This document shows, piece after piece, positions 39,261 through 48,741 of a stretch of 64,000 nt of DNA. The DNA is taken from the NCBI GenBank assembly GCA_963693365.1, contig CAVNZM010000005.1:3781716-3845715 (forward strand). The letters run 5' to 3'. Position 1 is the first letter of the stretch. Each line of letters opens with the position of its first letter. The DNA comes from Amoebidium appalachense. Lineage: Eukaryota; Protista; Ichthyosporea. A program made the translations under genes and the position numbers. The notes under the pieces were generated by a model. The model made no database searches. It had not been told where the DNA came from and worked only from the letters and a program-made list of their open reading frames with translations.

Positions 39261-40577
39261 GGACTCGTTTTTCCCGTGCACCTTTGAGCACTTACGTAAG
39301 TAGGACAAATGAGATGCTTGCCTTTAAAAACGAAAATGAATAAGCGCCAGTAATAAGTTTTCTTGTTGGCAAGTCAGAAGATACACCAGCTTCCACTTCA
39401 AGATCTATTAAATCTGTTCCCCTCTACTACACTTAACGTTTGATGGATCATGATCATGGACCGATGCGCATGTCCTTTTTCTGTCGCAACGCCTAAACGT
39501 ATGTTATTTTCGAGGCTTCAAAAACTTCTTATAGCGCCCTTCTCCTCGAGGAAGAAACTTTGAAGAGAAACTATAAACCCATTTACCACAAGGTAATACC
39601 CAAAAGTGACGCCTGGCGGCTTGCAAGTTACTTGTGGCTGGGCACTGCCAGCTGGGCCCGCGACGAATTCGAAACTGAAACGAGGAAATGCAGTGAACTT
39701 GAAATGAATGGAGTTATGAAAGAGAGCATTAGGACAAAGCAGCATAACTAATTTAATGTTTTTACTGGTGATAAGAGGGAAAAAAGTGTATTTTTCCGGT
39801 TATGAAATCAATCGCTTTTTTGACTATGCGCTTAGGATAGTTCGAAACGAGCCAATATGCTAGATAGCACATCTCCCTTGCAACTGTCGTTGTAAGAGAT
39901 TTGAAGGAGGGATTTTTGGAATTCTCCCTGGCTCATGGAACGATGATCTCGAATACTCTGCACCAATCCAGTCGTCGAACAGAATCCCCGTAGATTGCTT
40001 CCCTTTTTCGGCTAGTACGGCTTTGAGCAGAAGAGGTTGTACGATGTATGCATTTGTTTTGCAGAGCTATGAGTAAAAAATATCTGATTTCTTAGAGCGC
40101 GCCACACTAAGTATACATGAATACCAGCATTTCGTATCATGATTGAAGTTGTTGTTTCAGTTGTGAATGAATGGCATCAACATCAATGTTGACGTTGGGA
40201 CGGCGGGCGAACACATGCTCAGGGGCTGGAAGTATCTTAACCAATCATTAACTAGGAATAGAATATCCCTAGCGCTTATGGTCCCATGCAAACACAGAAC
40301 CTACTTATGCGCTAGAAAGTCCGTTTCAAGTGTCTCTAATGATTTGTGCACAAGAAAAACTATATTTTATACCCTATTTCTAATGTCATGAAATGGTATG
40401 CGTCGCCTGCGCCTCTACGCCCACACTGGACAAGCACGCCTTGACGGGTCGTGCGTAGATCTGAAATAGATCTACGAAACCGGGGTTCGAAATTGGAATC
40501 CACATTGCTTGAGAAGGTTTGAGCTCTGGGGCGACCGCATGTGGGGGCCCACAGCATTGTAAAGAGGAGGGGAGAGA

Positions 40578-40613
<36 letters not shown>

Positions 40614-40733
40614 GGCATCATATGGACACCTGTGGAATCCGGTTTCGTACGAGCAGCCCAGGGCTCGGGGTTCGAAGTGGGACGGGAGGAACCAGGGCCT
40701 AGTTGTGTGTGTGTGTGTGTGTTTCACGTATGT

Positions 40734-40776
<43 letters not shown>

Positions 40777-40893
40777 CTGTGTGTGTGTGCGCGCGTGTGT
40801 GTGCGTATGTGTGCGTGCGTGTGTGTATGTGTGAGTGCCTTTTCTTTTCTTTTCTTTTCTTTTCTTTTCCTTTTTTTTTGGGTGTGTGTGTGT

Positions 40894-40953
<60 letters not shown>

Positions 40954-41789
40954 GGTTGGGTTTGCAACGAACCAATGCGTGTGAAGATTCTATCGATGAG
41001 GGTCATGCGGCAGGCCTCGGCAGGCACAAGAGAGCACAGATCAACAAACGAGATAGACAGAGATCTTCCGGATGTACATGTTAAACTATATCGTGATTGG
41101 GTAGATACACGTAGTTTGCGCAAACGACGGCTGTTCAGACTGAAGGAAACCACACGACTCTAGTGATTGTCAGGTAGTGATCTTAACCACCATGTGGGCA
41201 CAAGCAAAGTCCGAGACTCGCACCCTCCGGCAAACGTGTGCTGGGCTTAGTGTCTGGCCGGCACCCATTATGCGGGATTAGCAGCACACGGGGGTGGCGT
41301 TTCTCGTGCTTTGTTTATACGCACAAAGTATCAGGACCAAAACTTGCCGATCACTGTGGTCGAGTGTGGAAAATGGGAAATCTATGATGCGTTTATGAGA
41401 AACGGGCTGGTGTGAAAACCGAGTTGTGTGTGCTACAATATGAAAAATGATATGGCTGTTGCAAAAAAATGGCCTCATTGCTAGCGACGTCCGAAGAAGT
41501 AAGCAAATGCATCCTCGTGTATCCGTAGTTATCCGTGGACTGCTGTGACCATCCGTCCGTAAAAATGAGCTATCGTAGCATGCTAGAAGAGCGCGCGTGT
41601 GGAAGCGTGTTTACCTGGTTACCCCCCGAGGAAGACCTTCCTTCTCTGCTACCACGCGACATCGAAATGTGATGGGAATATGAATTCGAACACGGATGAA
41701 AGTCGGATGGGGGATGGATGGTCACAGCTTTCGTTGACAGGAACTATGTTTTGGACAAGGAAAAGACTGAGGTCGCCAGGTCGCCAGGT

Positions 41790-42290
41790 CCCGTCCCGCA
41801 AAGCGTGCGGGCCGGACGGCATCCCTATGGCACTACTTAAGGTACTCATCCCACCCCGACCCGAGAAAGACGAAAAGCGTGGCCCGCCGCCACCACTTAC
41901 ATGTATTCTTAGCGAATTGTTAAGTTAGCTGGTATTCTGATGTTGGTAAAGTGCCCTCGGAGTGGCTAGCCACCATAGTGTTTCCCATCAAGATAACAGT
42001 TGCACGGGGTCCCATTCACGAATTTCGCCCTATCACCCTTACGTCCGTTTTTCGCCGATTATTCGAAAGTGGCCTTTTACAGGCCTTTTCCCGTAACCCC
42101 ACCCTTAAGCAGGCTTCCCAGCTGAGCCCTCTTCAGGCTGCGTCTCGGCATCGACACTCATGTTACGCACAAATCCTCACTCTACATAATGCAACTCAAA
42201 GTGATACCGAGCACCTCGTATTTATCGTTTTTAAGAACGCGTACGACACGGTCGACCTCCCTCGCCTGTGGGCCAAGTTGGCCATTCGCG
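41790..42290 (+). pseudogene. Decayed older LINE ORF2, fragment 1 of 3 (N-terminal part of RT)
   Basis: SRKACGPDGIP...VPSEWLATIVFPIK...FRPITLTSVFRRLFE...FKNAYDTVDLPRLWAKLAIR, with stops and frameshifts. It is collinear with the young ORF2. Confidence 0.85.
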
Positions 42291-42433
42291 CAGTCGCACA
42301 CATCGATTCAGTCGCACACATCGATTCAAATGTCGCTCTTTATTATCTGCTAATAAATAGTATCCTTCGCGCATCCACCCCTAAACCAGGCCATCCGTGG
42401 CCCTAAGGGCCGGGGAACACCCCCATCCATGTC

Positions 42434-43618
42434 ATGGCACATGCCTATAATCGTTTCAGAACCTCTTTCAAAGTTCCATCTACACCCATCACACATGTGC
42501 GACCATTAAAACGTCCAGCAGATACACCTACCACAGATGCACAACCAGAAAAACATCGCCTTAGACTAAGCGCAACACCTATTTACAATACACTACCCAT
42601 TCAGAATAACACCACACCACTCCGTAGAAACACAATAACAACCATGCCGAAACTTTCGGTTGATACAGTACTGGCAGAACTTGCCCTCGTTAAGAAACAG
42701 CTAAATGAGCTGTTACCACTCAAGAACATGATAGAAAAACTCCAAACAGAAAATACCCAACTCAAGCTCACCATTGATTCACTCACAGCCCAGCTAAACA
42801 TTAGTGGATCGCAAAACCCCAAAACTCATGAGCAAACATCTCGCGACGGAGACATTTCCACCCCAACACAAAACAACACAGGACCGGAAGCACAGCTCCC
42901 GGCAGAGTTCCTAGAATATGCGAACTCTCGTAAAACACCCGAGCTCCGCCAAATTGCCAAGGAAACATATGCCAGCATTCTTGCAGGCAACGAGTACCGC
43001 CGCAACTCCCCTCCCAAACCGCCGGCTAAGGGGAACACCCAAGCAAACGGTAACATCAACATCCCACCCAAATACGAGAGGGTGTATTTCAAAGTCAAGC
43101 ACGGCAGACGCCCACACAGGGCCATGTGGTCCATCTTCAAGGCTCTCGGCTTCCGGTGCTCTCGCATCCTTTGTCTGTCCTTCATTGGATACGATGTGCT
43201 GGAAGTAGCAGTACGGGGCGACTATAACCGTGCGTTCATCCGTGACGCGACAAAGGGGTGTGGAAGCTTCTTCACCCACCTCCCAAGCTACGACCCATGC
43301 GCGCCGGAAAACATTCAGAAAGCAGACAAAGAACGTAAAGTGTCTGCTAAGAATGCGTGCGCCACACGTTGTCGTGTACGCATCAGCAAGGCAAAAGAGT
43401 TCCTCGCAAAGTTGGAAAACGATGCTACGAGCGTGATAGACACGGACACGAAGGAACCAATGTTTTCTGGTGAGAAACTGCTCGAGCGCAAACGCCGATG
43501 CGAGATGGAAATCGAGCTCTTCTGCGAACTGTTCGCGCTGGCGGAAGGTCGTGCATACGACCCCGTAAGCGACAAGTGGGAACCAACCCCACAGGTGTCG
43601 GACCAAACCGATGCCTAA
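42434..43618 (+). CDS. LINE ORF1 protein (coiled coil plus probable RRM-like domain), 394 aa
   Basis: Intact ORF directly upstream of and overlapping ORF2, with a heptad-rich segment LAELALVKKQLNELLPLKNMIEKLQTENTQLKLTIDSL. From memory, not a search, the segment YERVYF...SRILCLSF...VAVRGDY...YDPC.P resembles ORF1s of early-diverging fungal LINEs. Confidence 0.8.
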   Translation: MAHAYNRFRTSFKVPSTPITHVRPLKRPADTPTTDAQPEKHRLRLSATPIYNTLPIQNNTTPLRRNTITTMPKLSVDTVLAELALVKKQLNELLPLKNMIEKLQTENTQLKLTIDSLTAQLNISGSQNPKTHEQTSRDGDISTPTQNNTGPEAQLPAEFLEYANSRKTPELRQIAKETYASILAGNEYRRNSPPKPPAKGNTQANGNINIPPKYERVYFKVKHGRRPHRAMWSIFKALGFRCSRILCLSFIGYDVLEVAVRGDYNRAFIRDATKGCGSFFTHLPSYDPCAPENIQKADKERKVSAKNACATRCRVRISKAKEFLAKLENDATSVIDTDTKEPMFSGEKLLERKRRCEMEIELFCELFALAEGRAYDPVSDKWEPTPQVSDQTDA

Positions 43619-46600
43619 TTTATCCTTTTTCTTCTGGAATGCTCGGACACTGGGCCCCCAAAAGGGCCTCCCCCCCGGGACACTCGACGATAAAATCAGC
43701 TACATACAACAACAGACAAACAACCACACGTTTACAGTGATTTGCGAAACACAGTTTAAAAACCACCACAAATTCAACTCTACATTGGTCGACACATCCA
43801 CACACCCCGGTTACGCGAAAAACCGAGGCATTATTGTACTTGCCGCACCACACGTGAGAGTGAAGTGCAAACCGGTAGCAAAAACGGAATTCTCGGTTTC
43901 TATAGAGTTTCTTTCTAATGTTTTTACTTTTGTATATTACCCACCATCTATGTCGGTTGTCGAATTGACTCACGAGTTGTCACAGTTACCAATGTCCACT
44001 GTTATTTTAGGTGATTTTAACACGCGACTCCACCACACAGACACACTGCAAGTGAGTGTCGGGTACCCATCTAAGCCCCCGGAGCGTGCTATCCCTTTAG
44101 CAAGGTATGTCCAAAGTCACACTTTGCGGTTCCCTCAAATATCCCATGCCCACAACACCGACTGGGGAGTGGCCTTTTGGCCATCAACCATGTCAAAACT
44201 CTCTCTCCCTCCTAACCTCTCTAGGTCATCTGACCACTCTCCTATCCTTTTCCTACCTAAGATCTCCCTTGATCTGCTCCCCCCTCCCCCTCCCACCTTT
44301 CGCCTCCGTCTATCCCAGCTTAAGTCACAGTGGGGTAGAGTTGATGTATGTGTATGCTATGCTACGAAACACCCTATATATATGCGCCTATTAGAATCTG
44401 CACAAGCCAGGCCAGATTCACATCTCGTACTAGATACATGCACTAACTTTATTGTTGATGATTTGATAGATCTCGGTGATTATGCTGGCGGTGGTAGGAA
44501 GGAATATCCCGATGCTCTCTTGTTACCAAACACCACTCCCGCTAGACTAGGTGAACCCCTGTCTCAAAAGGAAAGCTTGCGCCGGCTTGCTAGTATGAAT
44601 CGATTTGGCCCCCCTGCTCGTATTATTGGTGATACCACTGGAGACCCCCTCATAGACTCTGATAAGTATTTCTCGGAACTGTTTAAAGATAGGACCCCCG
44701 CTCAGAAACCTATTGTGTGGCCTGTAGACCCATCTATCCCCATAGAATCGATCCTCCCCTTTTTCAGTCCCGATGCCATATGGTCTGTGATATCTAGTTA
44801 TAGCTCTAGTAAGTCTTGTGGACCTGATGGACTCCCTGCTGGGTTTCTTAAAATCCTTGTTCCCTCCTACCCACAAAAGGAAAGTGATCGTGCTATTAAA
44901 CCTGATCTTACTATCATGTTAAGCTCTCTCTTTTCTTGGTGTGTTAAATGTGGACATGTCCCGTCATCTTGGTTAGATACCTTAGTGATCCCCATAGTTA
45001 AGAAGGACTCTGAGGGCCCCATATCATCCTTTCGCCCCATTACACTAACCCAGGTTGTTCGTAGATTCTTTGAAGCTTGCTTACTTAGGTTATTTGCACA
45101 TCACCCTAGGTTTCAATCTATTCTTCACATACACCCATGCCAATCCGCTTTTCGTAAAAACAATTCATGTTATGTTCAAATAATGGCACTGCACGATTCT
45201 ATGCAAGTTGGTGCACAATATGTTGGCTTTATTGATTGGAAAACTGCTTACGATTCTGTCTCCCCTGGTCTCCTATGGGAAAAGCTTGCTGCACGGGGTG
45301 TACCACACTGCATTGGTGTTCTGTTAGAAGCACTCTTGTCTCAAACCTATGGTAGAGCTGTGGTTAATGGGCATCTTTCATATGGTTTTGCTCGTACTAG
45401 AGGTCTCTTGCAGGGCTCATTGCTTAGCCCCTTTTTGTTTAACCTATTTATAGATGATTTGGCTGTCAAGATTTACGCCGAAAACGATGACCCTATTAAT
45501 AACTTTCCGCCTGCACTTCTCTATGCTGATGATCTGTCCCTCCTTGCCCGTACCCCTAGACGCCTGCAAAGATTGTTCGATGTAGTGTCAGAGTGGTGCA
45601 AGGCAAACCTTATGATCCTTAACATAGACAAATGTGGTGTTCTTGTACCTGATATAGCTAACAATTTACACACATTTACATTATCATCTAAACCTGTACC
45701 TATAGTTCCAGAATACAAATATCTTGGTGTTCCGGTTGATTCTGTTGGTGTTATGTTTCCCCATATGGTCGAAAAGAGGGTAGAGTTGGCTCGTAAGCGG
45801 TTAGCTTTCTTCTCGGCTAATATTTTTAAAGACACACCCCTCCATCCTTCTATTAGACTTACATTTATTCGCACTTTTGTCTTCCCGGCATGTGAATATG
45901 GTTTACCCCTTCTCGCCGCTTGGATCAAGAAAGAGAGAACTAGAGCGCTTAAACCCTTGGCAAATTTCCTTGAAGCAGAAGTTGCCTCCTTTCTATCTAA
46001 CAACTGTTGTAAACCTGGGCCTGTAACGCTCTCGATATATGGTCTGGTCCCAATAGCTGCTAGAGTATCCTATCTCGCGCTGAAATTCAATAAGCACATA
46101 AGCCGCTTAAAGAAGTATTTGCCCTCCCACCCTCTCTTCTCTATCCGACCTGTCCCCTCCTCACCTCTCCCCTCTTTCCTCCCCTCTCTCTCCCCTTCTC
46201 CCCTGGGCACAAATACAAATAAACCCCGCAATAGTGTGTGTGTGACTTTGGACTGCCACTTACTTATTAAACATGTACACAATCACAAGATAATCACGCA
46301 ATATAACAAATGGAAAAAGATACCAAACGACACTAGACCCGATGAAAGCATACACCTTGAAAAACTAAGCCTTATGTCTCGTTTTATATATACTGACCGC
46401 CTCAACCATATTGCCAAATATGGCACTCGCAAGTGTATAACACCTAAATACATATTACCTTCCTGTAGAACTGGTCTTTCTCTAGCTGATGGTATTATTG
46501 ATCAATTACCACGCTTTTACTGTACACGTGCTATACAGTGGAGATCTAATAAGTATAAGGTGGCATCATTTGCATGCCCAAACAACACACACACACACCA

Positions 46601-46805
46601 GTTTAACCGGTCATGTATCGCCAAATGTAGTTTGATAGACCACATAATACCGCAACACACACACGTCACATTCACAACAGACACCCAGAAAGATAGGCTA
46701 CCTGTAAATTACAACATCCTTGATTTTATACTAAACACGCGTAACTACGACCTGTTTATTAGATGTATTGATTGGCTTGAGAAACACATCACTACAAAAT
46801 TATAG
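43611..46805 (+). CDS. LINE ORF2: APE endonuclease + reverse transcriptase, 1064 aa, intact
   Basis: APE motifs WNARTL, ICETQ, LGDFN and SDH; RT motifs GPDG, FRPITL, DWKTAYDSV, GLLQGSLLSP, LYADD and YKYLG; Cys/His-containing C-terminus. Confidence 0.95.
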   Translation: MPNLSFFFWNARTLGPQKGLPPGTLDDKISYIQQQTNNHTFTVICETQFKNHHKFNSTLVDTSTHPGYAKNRGIIVLAAPHVRVKCKPVAKTEFSVSIEFLSNVFTFVYYPPSMSVVELTHELSQLPMSTVILGDFNTRLHHTDTLQVSVGYPSKPPERAIPLARYVQSHTLRFPQISHAHNTDWGVAFWPSTMSKLSLPPNLSRSSDHSPILFLPKISLDLLPPPPPTFRLRLSQLKSQWGRVDVCVCYATKHPIYMRLLESAQARPDSHLVLDTCTNFIVDDLIDLGDYAGGGRKEYPDALLLPNTTPARLGEPLSQKESLRRLASMNRFGPPARIIGDTTGDPLIDSDKYFSELFKDRTPAQKPIVWPVDPSIPIESILPFFSPDAIWSVISSYSSSKSCGPDGLPAGFLKILVPSYPQKESDRAIKPDLTIMLSSLFSWCVKCGHVPSSWLDTLVIPIVKKDSEGPISSFRPITLTQVVRRFFEACLLRLFAHHPRFQSILHIHPCQSAFRKNNSCYVQIMALHDSMQVGAQYVGFIDWKTAYDSVSPGLLWEKLAARGVPHCIGVLLEALLSQTYGRAVVNGHLSYGFARTRGLLQGSLLSPFLFNLFIDDLAVKIYAENDDPINNFPPALLYADDLSLLARTPRRLQRLFDVVSEWCKANLMILNIDKCGVLVPDIANNLHTFTLSSKPVPIVPEYKYLGVPVDSVGVMFPHMVEKRVELARKRLAFFSANIFKDTPLHPSIRLTFIRTFVFPACEYGLPLLAAWIKKERTRALKPLANFLEAEVASFLSNNCCKPGPVTLSIYGLVPIAARVSYLALKFNKHISRLKKYLPSHPLFSIRPVPSSPLPSFLPSLSPSPLGTNTNKPRNSVCVTLDCHLLIKHVHNHKIITQYNKWKKIPNDTRPDESIHLEKLSLMSRFIYTDRLNHIAKYGTRKCITPKYILPSCRTGLSLADGIIDQLPRFYCTRAIQWRSNKYKVASFACPNNTHTHQFNRSCIAKCSLIDHIIPQHTHVTFTTDTQKDRLPVNYNILDFILNTRNYDLFIRCIDWLEKHITTKL

Positions 46806-46825
46806 CGCACGCGCACACACACACA

Positions 46826-46878
<53 letters not shown>

Positions 46879-46910
46879 CCAGCTGATACCGAGTGTCCCG
46901 AGGGGAGCCC

Positions 46911-46967
<57 letters not shown>

Positions 46968-46968
<1 letters not shown>

Positions 46969-47164
46969 GGGGAACCCCAACTAATTGATTTCTCCTTGTA
47001 GTCTTTATGGTGTCTCGTAGAGAAAGTAAACCCTGATATATAGTCACCACCCGACATCTATGTACGTGATCATGATATACCGCTGAGGGGATATTCCGAG
47101 CAAAACCCCCCCCCCCATACCTGAGACTGGTTCTCTTTGCCTCGAGTAAACAGCGTAAACCCCC
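46968..47164 (+). other. Post-poly(A) 3' terminal segment of LINE copy 1 (non-coding, predicted structured)
   Basis: Reverse complement of 48394-48589, differing only by one terminal C. It ends gtaaaccccc and has no poly(A). Confidence 0.9.
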
Positions 47165-48393
47165 GTGTCCCATTCCAAATGGGTCGGCTACTGGAAGCTA
47201 TGTTTACGTTTACACGCGGACGAGCGGTGGTTAATGGGCGGCTATCCCCAGGGTTTACCCGCACGCGCGGGGTACTTCAAGGGTCCCTGCTAAGCCCTCT
47301 TCTTTTCAACCTGTATATTGATGATTTAGCCGACGCTCTTTCTGCGGCATAAATTGACGGGGGGTTGCCATCCCAGGCTCTCCCCGCCCTCTTTCTTGCC
47401 GACGATATTGTGCTTATGTCATCCGATCCTATCGAACTACGGCAATACATTCGTGTGGTTGAACATTGGTGCCAGCGCAACGATATGATGGTTAATGCCA
47501 AAAAGTGTGCCCTTTTATCAAAATCGATACCGGCATGGGACGACGTTTGTATTTTCGGCAGTCCCCTCCCTTGCCCAATCGAACACAAGTATTTGGGGAT
47601 TCCGGTGGACGAATGGGGCATATGTTTCAAACGGATGATCGACCGTCGGGTGGAGAGTGCAGGCAGGTGTCTTCGGTTATTTAGGGATGTGTATCTTGCT
47701 ACTCTTTCTCATACTGTCCACCTATACAATCGTCTTAGTATATTTCGCACATATATTCGCCCTTTGTCTGAATACGGGTTGCCCTTACTAGCTATGGCAC
47801 CCCCTGATACTGTTACTCCTTACGTAATGTCCTCAAATCATTAGATGATTTCCACTTCACAACTTGTTGTACGTTTCTCACTGGTCTTTCCACACCTATC
47901 CCTAGACGCCTTTTTGATTCTCTCTACGCACTCACACCACCATCACAACGCGTACACGAATTAGCCCTTAAATTTCACGAGCACATCACCCGCCTGTCCG
48001 CTTGTGCCCCTGACCACCCGCTCTTCCGGCTACACGCATCCCCGCCGGACTCGCCCCTCTACCTCTTCCCTTCCCCATCGTCTCTGCCCATTGCCGAGCG
48101 TTATGTGGAATGGCTGGCGACCCCACCGGAGGTACGGCTAGATCATAGTGTTAATATGAATAATTTCAAATCTACGGCTGATAGATATCTTTTTACTCTA
48201 CGTGTTGAGTCCCTTCCGGTGTTAGGACCGCAAAAACACCAACTACTAGTAGCCTATATGGCGGATACGGTTAGAGAGTCTCGTTCATACATAGATTCGT
48301 TTATTCGTAATGTGGTGTGGTGTAAAAACGCAAAGATGATTATGGATTGGCGGTGTAATCGGTTTCTGGTGTCTCCTGCTCGTATGTGTAATA
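47165..48393 (+). pseudogene. Decayed older LINE ORF2, fragment 2 of 3 (RT core to C-terminal region)
   Basis: VPFQMGRLLEA...RGVLQGSLLSPLLFNLYIDDL...LFLADD...HKYLGIP...EYGLPLL...DWRCNRF, with an internal stop and frameshifts. Confidence 0.88.
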
Positions 48394-48588
48394 GGGGTTT
48401 ACGCTGTTTACTCGAGGCAAAGAGAACCAGTCTCAGGTATGGGGGGGGGGGTTTTGCTCGGAATATCCCCTCAGCGGTATATCATGATCACGTACATAGA
48501 TGTCGGGTGGTGACTATATATCAGGGTTTACTTTCTCTACGAGACACCATAAAGACTACAAGGAGAAATCAATTAGTTGGGGTTCCCC

Positions 48589-48636
<48 letters not shown>

Positions 48637-48668
48637 GGGCTCCCCTCGGGACACTCGGTATCAGCTGG

Positions 48669-48721
<53 letters not shown>

Positions 48722-48741
48722 TGTGTGTGTGTGCGCGTGCG

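Larger units (their letters stand above)
42291..47164 (+). mobile_element. Young full-length non-LTR retrotransposon (APE-RT LINE), copy 1, including the post-poly(A) segment
   Basis: 5' CAGT start, ORF1, ORF2, (CA)n, short hairpin, A53 (46915-46967) and then a 197-bp segment (46968-47164). Removing it rejoins the old LINE frame (...LAIR | [G/R]VPFQMGRLLEA). Confidence 0.92.

Noticed and set aside
40440-40700. Two GGGGTTCGAA B-box-like motifs and a cgtagatct/agatctacg hairpin suggesting tRNA genes
   Set aside because: No cloverleaf, acceptor stem or correctly spaced A box could be built.
47026-47037. TAAACCCT in the post-poly(A) segment as a telomere repeat or telomerase template
   Set aside because: There are only isolated single units, with no tandem array or 1.5-repeat template.
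46968-47164. Post-poly(A) segment as an independent MITE or as a guide matching the target sites
   Set aside because: Terminal complementarity is only GGGG/CCCC with no TSD, and I found no convincing complementarity to either insertion site.
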